Shown: positions 13,137-28,873 of the stretch, piece by piece | Numbering within the stretch: the stretch's first letter is position 1 | Layout: the number at the start of each line of letters is the position of its first letter | Assembly: GCF_009914755.1 (NCBI RefSeq) | Contig: NC_060929.1 | Length of the DNA stretch: 64,000 nucleotides | Reading direction: 5' to 3' (one strand) | Source of the DNA: the human T2T-CHM13v2.0 reference genome, Homo sapiens | Position numbers and translations under genes: made by a program | Notes under the pieces: model-generated | The model's input: the letters and a program-made list of their open reading frames with translations, nothing else | Databases searched by the model: none | Told to the model about the DNA's origin: nothing

Positions 13137-15076
13137 CAAATATTTCTTTATGCTGCATTGTAATCCTTCCCTGTTACCCTCCTGACCCCTCACGCTCAGG
13201 TAACCACTCATCTGTTTCCTATCACTGTAGATTAGTTTGCATTTTCAGGAGTTTTGTATAAATGGAAACATGCAAGGTACTTATTTTCTAGTCTTGCTTT
13301 TTTTACTCAGCACAGCTATTTTGAAACCTATCAGTACTGTTTCCTGTATCAATAGTTTACTCCCATTTATTGATAATTAGTATTCCACTGTATGTACATA
13401 TGACAATTTGTTTATCCATCCACCTGTTGATGAACTTTGGGGCTGTTTCCAGTTTGGGGATATTACAAATGAAGCTGCTATGAACATTCATGTTCAGGTC
13501 CTTATATGAACATATGCTTTTATGTCTTGGGGAAAAACTTAGGAATAAAATAGCTTAATATTTAAGTTATATATTTGACTTTTTAAGAACATGCCAAATG
13601 TTTTCCTGAAGTGATTGTAGCATTTTGCATTTTGCAACAAGAGTGTGTGACAGTTCCAGTTCCTCTACATTCTTGGCAACACTTAACAAGGTTTAGTCTT
13701 CTTAATTTTAGTCATTCTAATAGGGGTATATCATTATGGGTTTAATTTGCATTTCTCTCATGATTAATAACATTGAGCATTTTATTCATGTGCTTATTTG
13801 CCATTTGGATATCTTCTGTGATGAAATGTCCTTTCAAATCTTTACCCATTTATTAAATGGGTTGATTTTTTTTAGTTATGAGAGTTCTTGAGTTATGAGA
13901 GTTCTATGATCTAAATGCAGGTAACTTATCAAATATATGCTTTGTAAATATTTTCTCCCAGCTTTTGGCCTGTCTTTTCATTCTGTTAACAGCAGAGGTT
14001 TTTTAATGTTCATGAAGTCGAACTTATCAAGCTTTAGTTTTCTTTTCTTATGATGTCTGTATCTTACTCTGGGGTCAGGGTAAGAATGGCATCAAAGAAT
14101 TAGCAGGGAAGTATTCCCTCTCCTTTATTTTTCTTGAAGAGTTTGTGTAGAACTGTAATTATTTTTCTTCCTGAAATGTTGGGTAGAATTCATCAATAAA
14201 GTCATCTGGGTCTGGATGGCTTCATTATGGGAAAATTTTTAATTACAAATTCAATTTTCTAAATATATTTCAGATATTAAGGTTGTCCATTGCTTCTTGA
14301 TTGAAACTACTGTGGTAGTTTGAGTCTTTTAATAAAAGTTGTCCAAGTTTTCTAGTTCATTCAATGTACAGCATAATGTTGTTCATCATATCCCTTTTAT
14401 AATCTTTTGAATATCTGTAGAATCTATAGTAATATTACCTCAGTGGTTCCTGATATTTGGTAATTTGTGATTTTTTTTTCCTGAGCAATTTGGCTACAAT
14501 TTATCAATTTTATTCATCTCAAAAAATTTGTTTTCATTTATTTTCTCCATTGTTTATTCCATTTATTATTTATTTCATTGATTTCTGCTTGAATCCTTAT
14601 TATTTCCTTTCTATCCTTACTTTGGTTTTAACTTGCTCTTATTTTTCAAGTTTCTAATGGAAGAAGCTGAATGCACTGATTTGAGACTTTTTTCTTTTCT
14701 AATGTAGTAATTTGTTGCTATAAATTTTCTCCTAAATACTTCTTTTAATGCATCCCACAAGTGCTATGTTGTGTTTTCATTTTCCTTCAGTTCAAAATAG
14801 GTTTTAATTTTTCCTTTTATTTATTCTTTGTCTCTCACAGGTTATTTAGAATAGTGCTATTTAGTTTCAAAATATTTGGAGATTTTTCACTTACCTTTTG
14901 ATTATTGGTAACTAATTTAATTTCACTGTGGTCAAAGAACATACTACATATGACTTGAATGCTTTTAAATTTATTGACTTGTTTTATAGCCTAGAATATG
15001 GCCTAACTTCATAAATGTTCTGTGAACACTTGGAAAGAATATACATTGTGCTGTTGTTGAGTGGAGTGTTCTATAA

Positions 15077-15533
<457 letters not shown>

Positions 15534-18500
15534 AGCTTCATCTATTTTGAAGTTCTATTATTACGGGTATATACCCGGAGAATTGTTATAGCCTCTAAAT
15601 TATTGGTCCCTTTATCATTATAAAATGACCATTTTATCTCTGGTAAAATTATCTTCTCTGAATTCTACCTTGTCTAACAATAATATAGTCACTCTTTTGA
15701 CTGGTGTTAGCATGGTATATCTTTCCTAGTCCTTTACTTTTAATGCATTTTTGTCTTTATAGTTAAAGTATGTTTCTTATAGACAGTATCTAGTTGTGTT
15801 TTACTGAATCTAAAAATCTCTGCCTTTTAAATGGTGTGTTTAGATCATTTACATTTAATGGTGTTAGTGATACAGTCAGGCTTAAGTCTATCACCTTGCT
15901 CCTTGCTACTTGTTTTTTATTATATTTGTTTAACTTGTTCCTTGTTCCCCTTTTCCTTTTCTTTATGCTTCTTTTAGATTAAATATTTTTATAATTTGTA
16001 TTTGTTTCATTTTTATTTTTGGTTGGCTTATTAGCTACATTTCTTTTCTTAATTATCTGTTGCTTTAGGGTTATAATATACAGGTTTAATTTATTACAGT
16101 CTACCTTAAACTGACATTATAATTCCTTATGCATAATATAAGACTTTACAATAGTATACTTCTTTCTGTTCTTACACATTTTTTTCTATTTTGGTCATAT
16201 ATTTTACCTATAGCTATGTAATAAATCCAAGAATACATGGCTATTATCATTGTTTAAAGAGTACTTTTTTTTTAGTGACACTTACTTAGTAAGAAAAATG
16301 GTATATAATTATCCATTAGAATCTATATCTGATTCTTCTCATGTCTTTGTGCAAAAATTTCCATCTGGTATCATTTTTATCCTAAGTTATTTTCTCTAAA
16401 ATTTCCTGTAGTGCAGGTATTCTGTTGATGAATTCTTTCAGTTCTTATATGTTTGAAAATGTCTTCATTATATCTTTAGTTTTGAAAGATATTTTTATTG
16501 GGTATATAATTATGGCTTTAAAAGTTTCTGTTTTTTCTTTCAGTGCTTAGAGAGATTATCCTACTGTCTTCATTATTACATTTTTAAGTAAGAAGCCTGT
16601 TGTCATCCTTATCCATGTCTCTCTGTATATAATGTGCTTCTCTCTAGCTGCTTTTAGCATTTTTTATCAGTTTTGAGCAATTTAATTATGTTGTGCTTAG
16701 ATATCATTTTTTGCATATCTTTATATTTGAGTTCATTAAAGTTCATGATGTATGGGTTTATAGTTTTCATCAAAATTCAAAAAGTTTTAGCCACTAATTA
16801 ACTCTTAAAAAGATATTTCCTGTTCTCCTTCAGAGACTTGAAGTACATGTATGCTGGCTTCTTATACTTTTTCCACAGCTCACTGATATTCCCTTTATTT
16901 TTAAAAATTCTTTTTCGCCTAGTGTTTCATTTTGGATAATTTCTATTGCTATGTCTTTGAGTTCACTAGTATTTTCTTCTACAATGTCTAATGTGACATT
17001 AATCCTATACATTGTATTTTCATCTCAGATAATGTAGTTTTTATCTCTAAACATCTGAGTTGGCTTTTAAAAATATCTTCTATGACTAACCAGCTAATGT
17101 GTTCAATCTTACCTCTAGATTTGTGAACATACAGGATACAGTTATAACAATGTTTTAATGTCCTTGTCTACTATTGTTATCATCTGTGTCAGTTCTGAAG
17201 CAATTTCAATTGGTTAGCTGGTAATTTTGGTTGAATACAAAACATTGAGAATTTAACCTTATGGGCTACTGGATATTTCTGTATTCCTATAAATACTCTT
17301 GAGCTTTCTTCCGTGGAATTCTTAGGTTAATTGAAAAGAGTTTGATCCTTTTAATCTTGGTTTTAAGATTTATAATGTGAAGGCTCAGAAGGCGGGGCAA
17401 GATGGTGGAATAGAAGGCTCCACTGACTGTCCTTCCTACAAGGACACCAGTTTAACAACTATCTATACACACAAAAAGTACCTTCATAAGAACCAAATAT
17501 CAGGTGAGTACTCACAGTACCACACTACCTGGTTTTAATTTCATATCTCTGAAAGAGGCACTGAAGAGGTATAAAAAAGAGTCTTAAATTGCCAATGCCA
17601 CCCCTCCCCACCCCCAGCAACATGATGCAGAAAGCTTCTCTGGTCCTCGGGGGAGGGAAAACACAACAATTGTGAGGTATTGAAATCAGTGCTGTCCTGT
17701 TAGAGCAGAAAGGAAAACTAGACCAAACTCAGCTGAGCTGATGCCCACCCTTAAGGCAATCTAGGCCTTAAGGACTGCAACCCTTAGGCAAGGCCTAGTG
17801 CTGAACTGGGCCCAGAGACAGTGGACTGAGGGGTGCATGTGACATACTGAGGCACCAGCTGGGGTGGCTATGGGAGTGCTGGCATCACCTCACTCATAAC
17901 CCCAGGCTTCACAGCTTGTAGCTCCAAAAGAGAGCCCTCTCTTTTGCTTGAGGAGAGAATAGGGAAGAGTGGGAAGAACTTTGTCTTACATCTTGGATAC
18001 TGGCTCAGTCACAGCAGGATAGGACACTAGTTGAGTTGCGAGGCCCTCTTTCCAGGCCCAAGCTCCTAGATGACATTTCTAGACACATTCTGGGCCAAAA
18101 GGGAACCTGTTGCCTTGAAGGAAAGGACCCAGCCCTGGCAGCATTCATCACCTGCCAACTGAAGAGCCTTTGGGACCTGAATAACCAGCAGCAATGCCCA
18201 GATACTATATCTAGGGCCTTGGATAAGACTCTTGAGACTTGCTGGCTTCAAGTACCAGCAAAGCCACAGAGGTCAGAGCGATAAGCGGGCTCTAGGGGCC
18301 CCCAATTCCAGGACTTGGCTCTTGGATGGAATTTCTGGACTTTCCCTGGGCCAGAAGGCAGCTCATTGCTCTGAAGGGTAAGTCTCAGGCCAGGCAGCCT
18401 TCACCACAGCTGATTGAAGAGCCACTGGGCCTTACAGGAACATTGGTCACAGTCTGGCAGTACTCCACATTGGCCTGGGGTGGTGATGGCCATGGGATGA

Positions 18501-19828
18501 GGCTCCTCAGGCTTTGGAAAGGGGAGGGAAAGGACTATATCTTGTGGTTTGAGTGCCAGCTTCGCCACAATGTAACAGAACACCAGATAGACTTCTAAGC
18601 GTTTTGACTCTAGTCCCTGGCTCACAGACAGCACCCCTGGACATGCCCAGGGCCTGGGGGAGCTCACTATTCTGAAGGGAAGGACACAGGCCTGCCTGGC
18701 TTTGCCACCTGCTGACTGTAGAGCCCCAAGGCCTTGAGTGAACATAGGCTATAGCCAGGGCGTGGTTATAGCAGGGCTCGGGTGAGACCTAGTGCTGTGG
18801 CTAGCTTCAGATCTGATCCAGCACAGTTCTAGTGGTTGTGGCCACAGGGGTGCTTCTGTCATACCACACCCAGCTCCAGGTGGCTCAGAACAGAACAGAG
18901 CCATCATTTACTGGGGAGAAAGTAAGGGAAGAATACAAGAGTCTCTGCCTGATAATCCAGAGAATCCTTCTGGATCTTGTCCAAGATCATCAAGGCAGTA
19001 ACTCTTCAAGTCTGCCAGAATCACAGCATTACTGGGCTTGGGGTTCCCCCAAAACAGATACAGTTTAGATCACAACACCCAAGTCCTTTTGAATATACGG
19101 AAAGTGTTCCCAAGGAGGACAGGTGTACAAATAAGCCCAGATTGAGAAACCTACAATAAATATCTAACTCTTCAATGCCCAGACACTGAAGAACATCTAC
19201 AAGCATCAACACTATCCAAGAAAACATGACCTCGCCAAATGAACTAAACAAGGCACCAGAGATGAATCTTGGAGAAACAGAGATATGTGCCCTTTCAGAC
19301 AGGTAATTCAAAATAGCTATGTTGAGGAAACTCAAAGAAATTCAAGATAACACAGAAGGAGTTCAGAATTCTATTGGATAAATGTAACAAAACGATTGAA
19401 ATTATTTAAAAGAATCAAGCAGAAATTCTGGAGCCGAAAAATGCAATCAACATACCAAAGAATGCATCAGTCTTTTAATAGCAGAATTAAGCAGAAAAAA
19501 GAATTAGTGGTCTTGAAGACAGCCTATTTGAAAATACACAGTCAGAGAAGACAAAAGAAAAAAACAATAAAAAACAATGAAGCATGCCTAAAGCATCTAG
19601 AAAATAGCCTCAAAAGGGCAAACCTAAGAGGTATTGGCCTTAAAGAGGAAGTAGAGAAAGAGACAGGGGCATAAAGTTTATTCAAAGCAATAATAACAGA
19701 GAACTTCCCCAACTTAGAGAAAGATATCAATATTCAAGTACAAAAAGGTAGTAGAACACCAAGCAGATTTAACCCAAAGAAGACTACCTCATGGCATTTA
19801 ATAATCAAATTTCCAAACGTCAAAACTA

Positions 19829-19974
19829 GGCTAGGCATGTGGCTCATACTTGTAATGCTAGCACTTTGGGAAGCTGAAGCAGGAGGATTGCTTGAGCTCA
19901 GGAATTCCAAGCCAGCCAGGGCAACATAGTGAGACTCTGTCTCTATTAAAAAAAAAAGAAAAAGAAAAAGAAAA
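19829..19974 (+). mobile_element. Alu monomer (FLAM-C-like) inside L1 ORF1
   Basis: Single left-arm monomer ending gagactctgtctct plus A-rich tail; degenerate TSD aaacgtcaa / aaatgtcaa. Confidence 0.85.
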
Positions 19975-20338
19975 AAATGTCAAGGATAAAGAAGGGATCC
20001 TAAAAGCAGCAAGAGAAAATAAACAAATAACATACAATGGAGCTCCAATACATTTGGCAGCAGACTTTTCAATGGAAACCTTAGAGCCCAGGAGAGAGTG
20101 GCATGACATATTTAAAGTGCTGAAAGAAAAAAACTTCTACCCTATAAGAGTAGATCCGGCAAACATATACTTCAAACATGAAGGAGAAATAAAGACTTTC
20201 TCAGACAAACAAAAGCTGAGGGATTTTATCATCAAACCCATCCTACAAGAAATGCTAAGGGGAATACTCAATCAGAAAGAAAAGAACATTAGTGAGAAAT
20301 AAGAACTCATCTGAAGGTACAAAACTAACTGATAATAG

Positions 20339-20407
20339 TAAGTACACAGAAAAACACCAAATATTATAACACTAAGTACACAGAAAAACACCAAATATTA
20401 TAACACT
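20339..20407. repeat. Perfect 34-bp tandem duplication
   Basis: TAAGTACACAGAAAAACACCAAATATTATAACAC occurs twice head-to-tail (20339-20372, 20373-20406). Confidence 0.95.
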
Positions 20408-22490
20408 GTAACTGTGGTCTGTAAATTTATCTTATCTTAAGTAGAAAGACTACATGATAAACAACAACTACAACAAGTTTTCAAGACATAGACAGTACGA
20501 TAAGATATAAATCGAAATAACAAAAAGTTTAAAGTGGGGTATTAAATGAAGGCATAGAGTATTTGTTTTCTTTTTGCTGGTTTCTTTGTTTAAACAGTGT
20601 TAAGTTGTCATCTGCTTAAAATAATGAGTTATAAGATAGTATTTGCAAGCCTCATGGTAACCTCAAACCAAAAAACATACAACAGACACGCAAAAAATAA
20701 AAAGCAATAAATTAAATCACATCATCAGAGAAAATCACCTTTACTAAAAGGAAGAGAGGTAGTAAATAAAGAAGGAAGAGAAGACCACAAAATAACCAGA
20801 AAACCAATATCAAAATGGCAGAAGTAGGTCCCTATTTATCAATAATAACGTTGAATGTAAATGGACTAAACACTCCAGTAAAAAGATATGGAATGGCTGA
20901 ATGGATGATGAAAAAAGACTCAATTGTCTATTACCTACAAGAAATACACTTCATCTATAAAAATAAATATAGACTTAAAGAAAAGAAAAAAGATATTTCA
21001 TGCCAATAGAAACGAAGAGAGAAAATCCAAATAAATAAAATCAGAGATGAAAATGGAGTCATTACAAACTGATATCACAGAAATTTGAACGATCATTAGT
21101 GGCTGCTATGAGCAACTATATGCTAATAAATTGAAAAATCTTGAAGAAATGGGCAAATTCCTAGAAACATACAACCTACCAAGATTTAACCATGAAGAAA
21201 TCCAAATCCTGAACAGACCAATTACAAGTAACAATATTGAAGCTGTAGTAAAGTCTCTCAGTAAAGAAAAGCCTGGGACCTAGTGGCTTCACTGCTGCAT
21301 TATACCAAACATTTAAAGAAGAACTATTCCAATCTTACTCAAACTATTCCAAAAAAAATAAAGGAGGGAATACTTCCAAACTCATTCTACAAGGCCAGTG
21401 TTACCCTGATACCAAAACCAGAAAAGACACAACCAAAAATGAAAAAAAGAAAACTACAGGCCAATATCTCTGACGAATATTGATACAAAAAGCCTCAACA
21501 AAATACTAGCAACCCAAATTCAGCAATATATTAAAAAGATCATTCATCATGGCCAAGTGAGATTTATCCCTGGAATGCAAGGAGGGTTCAACATATGGAA
21601 ATCAATATGACACATCACATCAACAGAATGAAGGACAAAAACCATATGATCATTTCAATTGATGCTGAAAAAGCATTTGATAAAATTCAATATCCCCTTA
21701 TTAAAAAACCCTAAAAAAAACTGGGTATAGAAGAAGCCTACTTCAAAATAATAAAAGCCATATACAACAGACCCACAGCTAGTATCATACTGAATGAGGA
21801 AAATCTGAAAGCCCTTTCTCTAAGATCTGGAACACAACAAGGACGCTCACTTTCACCACTGTTGTTCAACATAGTACTGGAAGAACTAGCTACAGCAATC
21901 AGATGAGAAAAAAATAAAGGGCATTTAAATTGGAAAGGAAGAAGTCAAATTATCCTAGTTTGCGATGATATAATATTGTAATTGGAAAAACCTAGATTCC
22001 ACCAGCAAAAACTATTAGAACTAATAAACACATTTAGTAAAGTTGCAGGATACAAAATCAGCATACAATAATCAGTAGCATTTATATATGCCAACAGTGA
22101 ACAACCTGAAAACGAAATCAGTAAGGTAATCCCATTTGTAATAACCACAAAAACAATTAAATACCTAGGAATCAACTTAACCAAAGAAGTGAAAGACCTC
22201 TATAATGAAAACTACAAAACATTGGTGAAAGAAATTGAAAAGGATGCCAAAAAATAGAAAGAAAATCCATGTTTATGGATTGGAATGATCAGCATTGTTA
22301 AAATATCCATACTACCCAAAGCAATCTACGGATTCAATGCAATCCCTATCAAAATACCAATGACAATCACAGAAATAGAAAAAACAATCCTAAAATGTAT
22401 GTGGAACCACAAAAGACCCAGAATAGCCAACCCTATCCTAAGCAAAGTGAATAAAACAAGAATCACATTACCTGATTTCAATTTATACTA

Positions 22491-23093
<603 letters not shown>

Positions 23094-23268
23094 TTATGAA
23101 ACTGCTACAGGAAAACATCAGGGAAGCTCTCCAGGACATTGGTATGGGCAAAAATTTATTGAGCATTAGCCCACAAGCACAGGCAACCAAAGCAAAAATG
23201 GACAAATGGGATCATAGCAAGTTAAAAAGCTTCTTCACAGCAAAGGAAACAATAAATAAAATGAAGTG

Positions 23269-23580
23269 GACCGGGTGGAACATGGCTTATGCCTGTATTC
23301 CCAGCACTTTGGGAGGCCAAGGTAGGCAGATCACTTGAGGTCAGGAGTTCTAGACCAGCCTGGCCAACATTGTGAAGCCCCGTCTCTACTAAAAATACAA
23401 AAATTAGCTGGGTGTGGTGGTGTAATCCCAGCTGCTTTGGAGGCTGAGGCAGGAGAATCGCTTGCACCCGGTGGGGCAGAGGTTGCAGTGAGCCGAGATC
23501 GTGCCATTGCACTCCAGCCTGGGGAACAAGAGCAAAACTCCATCTCAAAAGGAAAAAAATAAAAATAAAAATAAATAAAT
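23269..23580 (+). mobile_element. Alu (AluSq/Sp-like) inside L1 ORF2
   Basis: Dimer with aacaagagcaaaactcc 3' end; direct repeat AAATAAAATGAAGTG on both sides (ending at 23268 and 23595). Confidence 0.95.
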
Positions 23581-25409
23581 AAATAAAATGAAGTGAATAA
23601 CAAAGTGAAGAGGTAACCCACAGAATGGGAGAAAGTATTTGCAAGCTACCCATCTGACAAAGGGTTAATAATCAGAATATATCAGGAGCTCAAATAACTC
23701 TATAGGAAAACATCTAATAATCCAATTTAAAAATGGGCAAAAGACTTAAATAGACATTTCTCAAAAGAATACACACAAATGGCAAAGAGGCATTTGAAAA
23801 GGTGCTCAACATCTCTGATCATCAGAGAAATGCAAATCAAAACTACAATGAGATATCATATCACCCCAGTTAAAATGGCTTTTATCAAAAAGACAGGCAA
23901 TAACAAATACTAGCGAGGATGTGGAGAAAAGGGAAACCTCGTACACTGTTAGTGGGAATGTAAATTATTACAACCACTATGGATAACAGTTTGGAAGTTC
24001 CTCAGAAAACTAAAAATAGAGCTACTGTATGATACAGCAATCCCACTGTTGGGTACAAATCCAAAAGAAACTTAATCAGTATATTGAAGAGATATCTGCA
24101 CTCTTATGTTTGTTGCACCACTGCTTCACAATAGCAAAGATTTGGAAACAACCTAAGTGTTCAACAACAGATGAATGGACACAGAAAATATGGTACTTAT
24201 ACACAATGGAATACTATTCAGCCATAAAAAAGAATGAGATCCTGTAATTTGCAACAACATGGATGGAACTGGAAGTCATTATGCTACGTGAAATAAGCCA
24301 GGCACAGAAAGACAAACATTGCATGTTCTTACTTATTTGTGGGATCTAAAAATCAAAACAATTGAACTCATGAAGACAGAGGGCAGAAGGATGGTTACCA
24401 GAGGCTGGAAAGAGTAGTAAGGGGTTGGAGGTGGGGATGGTTAATGGGTACAAAAAATTGTAGAAACAATGAATAAGACCTAGTTTTTGATAGCACAACA
24501 AGGTGACTATAGTCAATAGTAATTTAATTGTACTTTGAAAAATAACTAAAAGAGTATAATTGGATTGTTTGTAACACAAAGGATAAATACTTAAGGGGAT
24601 GACTATCTCACTTTACATGATCTGATTATTACACATTGCATGCCCGTATGAAAACTAAAAAAAAAAAAAAAAAAAAAAAAAGAAAGAATTGAAAAAATAT
24701 GTATTAGGTGAAAACAGATCAGCATTGATCGTAGGGCTAATTTACCGTACTACTAGCTAAACTCCTTCTGAGTACTCTCCCTTATATTAATACACAATTA
24801 AGTATGAGCTTTTCACCCTGGTTGGTAGTCCTGACACTACTTCCAGCCCTGTATATATGAGCCCTGGTGTCAGGTCATTTTTTTTCCTTGGTTTGGGGGT
24901 AGTTTTCTCACATGCATTGATTAGTGCCCTTCTGAATACTCAAGGGGCACCCTCTAAAGTTCTTTTTTCTGTGCGGTTCTCTTCCTCTGGTATCCTGTCC
25001 TATCTGCCTCATCTCCCAGACTCTCCACTCCGTCTATTTAACCCATAGACTCCAGAGGGCACTGCCAGGGTCTCCAGAGGTCCCTCCAGAGGTCCCTCCT
25101 CTGGGCGGAAGCCCTAGAAACTTTCTCAAGGCAGGAACTTGGTGCAATTTTAGGATTTGCTTCATTTGTTTTCTATCCCACATGCATCATCATCCTTTGT
25201 TGCCTGATACTGTCTCTAAATTTTGTTTTATAATATTTTTCTGTTTTGTTTATGCTGATGTTTCACGTGGGAGGGCAAATTTGGTCACATTTATCCTCCA
25301 TTAAGTGAACATGGATGTTCCCGATTATAGGATTTCAATTAAGGCTGTGCCTCCTCAGTTTTTCATGGATATTGCTCCTGTTCACTCTTTAAAACTTCAT
25401 GTTTTCCAT

Positions 25410-25800
25410 GCAACCATTCCTCACCTCATCTCTTTCTCCCTAAGAGATCTTATTCCAAAGTTTCAAACAAACCCATATGTTGAATCTCAAATTTCCATTA
25501 TCATCTCAGTCTATCTTAATTCCTAGACCTATTTATTCAATGACTTACTAGTCATATTTTTCTAGATTCCCATAAGCTGCTTGAACTCAATATGTAGAAA
25601 ATAAATAGCACCCCACCCTACAAGTTTCTATCATCCCCGTGTTTAAATCTCCCTGTAGCATTCATCACACTATTTGCATTTTTTAAAATATTTTTTGTCT
25701 TTAGATTGTTAGCAGAGATTATGTTTTTATCATTTTTTAGCACCTAGCACAACTCCTGAACTAAAGAGCTTCTCAATGAATATGTTTAATTAAATTAAAT
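25410..25800 (+). mobile_element. L2 LINE fragments including the 3' end
   Basis: ttgaactcaatatg and cacctagcacaactcctgaa...ctcaatgaatatgtttaattaaattaaat resemble the L2 3' region. Confidence 0.55.
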
Positions 25801-26989
25801 CCTACATACAAGGCAAATTGTCAGAGAGAGGAGAGAGAAATAATTTAAGTGAAACTTTATCACACTGAACAGGACCTGCCTTGTTCCTGAAAGGATGGAT
25901 TAGAAAGCAGATCCAGTGCAGGGCACTGTCTGACTTCCTGTTTCTGGCCACTGTGAAGGAGATACCTCGGAATAAGCAAGGATAGAAAATTAAGTGTAAA
26001 GAATGGAAGGATGCCAACTTTCTGGGCTCCCAAGTGATAAACATTGCTGCTTAGAACTGTGTCCAAATTAACCACTTTTATTGCTCCCTTCTGTGCTGAA
26101 TGTGCTTATACCAAATGCATTACACATTGCTTTTTGAAGTGTCTTTGAGTCATTTTAGGCAAAGATGTTTCATATCATCAATCATATTATAAATTCCAAC
26201 TAGACATAACAACACCCATTTTCTCGGTAGTTTGGAAAGACTTTAGGAGCAAGGACCATGTCTTTCTTAAGAGACCAGGTGCATCCCAAGGATAAGGACC
26301 ATGACTCTTTCTCCCGGGGAAAGGTAGTGCCCATGAATATTGATTATCTATGCAAGAAGTGACGATGCAGGGCAGGCTTGAGGTCTGCAGCCACAGCTGG
26401 TCATAAGCCTAATTTCACCACACTTTCCCTATTCATGTAACAATCCTGCTCCCATCACACTGAGGAGCTAGGCTGTTCCACACTGGCAAATCTAATTCAG
26501 CTTTGCCTAAAGCTTGTTTGCCAGGGAAATCTTGGCCCAGCTCCTCTGGACACAAACTCCCTGGCAGAGTATGTCTGTCTGTCTTTGGGGAAAATTCTCA
26601 GCATGTTCTGCTTCTGTTCAAACTGACTGGGTGGAGTTAGAATCAACAGGGGATTTGGCGAGCAGGCCAGGCAGGTGTGAAGGCTTCTTTCAGTAACCCA
26701 AATATTAGAAAGTCTTTTCAATCATCTTGTCTGGTGCCCAGGTCTGGTTCCTCTCAGAGAAGAGCTGGAATGGTTCAGCCCTCCAAATTCCAAGACCCAG
26801 CATTATAGAGAGTGTGAAGTAATGAGGCCCGGCTTAGAAGACTATTAGCTATAAAGAACAGTCCAACTTCTCAGCAGCTACATGGTACTCACATCCTAGT
26901 CTAATAAAGTTTAATAGGTTCTTCCAAACTGGAGATATAAGGTCAAAAGTGGCTTAAAATAAAGATTCTAAAACGCTATTTAATACATT

Positions 26990-27960
<971 letters not shown>

Positions 27961-28046
27961 GAAAAGTAAATAAAAGAAAATGACAGCAAGAAAAATTTTG
28001 TTGTATGTGATGTTAAAGAAATGGGAGTTCAGGTATTTTTCAGAAG

Positions 28047-28873
28047 CAGTGTTTCTCAATTCTGGCTATATTGTAGAATCACTAGGGGAATAAAGAAAAA
28101 AGCCTATCTTAACTCAGGTACTGTAGAAGCAACCCTGAGGCAAGGATTAAAATGCTGACACTTTGTTTGGGTGGCATAAGGCAAGGGTAATAAAGACAAG
28201 GAAATACGTGGGCCAGGAAAGATGCTACATTTTGTTATGTGGTATTTCTTTGCTGGCCAACACTTTATAAAAAGTACTAAAGAGACAGAGCAGAGACACA
28301 GCATTTGCTCAACAGGACTTGTCCAGATATATACAAGGAGAAGCCACACCTCGGGACAGTCCACAGAAGAGAAAGAGAGGGGAATCTATCACCCAGTTCT
28401 CTCCTGTCCCCACTTTCTCTTCAGTCAAAGTGAGCTGCTCCCTGCCTCATCTAGCTAATGGCTGCTCTCAGAAAGTCAGATCCCCTGCCTTGAAATATGA
28501 CACTTATCAAAATCTACATCAAAAGATACATGACTTGGTGTACCATGAGCTCAGAATATGGGTCTTGAGCTGTGCTCCTAGGATTTTGCCTTGAGCTCCA
28601 GCCAACTCATGGGAGGTGGGGGTTGGAGGGGTGGGGAGTGGTCAGTAAGGGTCAGCAAAGACAGAAGCAGTAGGACATGGTCAGACAGCCAGGAAGAGAC
28701 TTCAGAAAGATGGGAGAGATCAAGGGAAGCTTAGAAGGTACACAAAGCTTGTGTCCATTATAATTCTGACCCCATCTCACCCCTGACCAGTTAAATCAGA
28801 AGGACTGGGAACTTACAGTATTTTAAAGGATCCCTAGATTATTGGAACGTTCAGCCAGAAGTGAGAACTACTG
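28047..28873. mobile_element. MER5-like hAT-Charlie DNA transposon split by an LTR
   Basis: Terminal inverted repeats cagtgtttctca...tgagaactactg; MER5-type tagaatcact at the left and ttaaatcaga...cagccagaagtgagaactactg at the right. Confidence 0.6.
28105..28762 (-). mobile_element. Old ERVL/MaLR-class LTR (LTR33/MLT1-like) nested in the MER5-like element
   Basis: agaagcaaccctgaggcaaggatt...tttgtttggg start and gtgtccattata end resemble old ERVL-class LTRs; diverged. Confidence 0.4.

Noticed and set aside
20339-20407. 34-bp repeat as a CRISPR-like unit
   Set aside because: Two adjacent copies without spacers inside a eukaryotic L1.
25072-25095. 12-bp tandem duplication CTCCAGAGGTCC
   Set aside because: Ordinary short slippage duplication in old L1 sequence.
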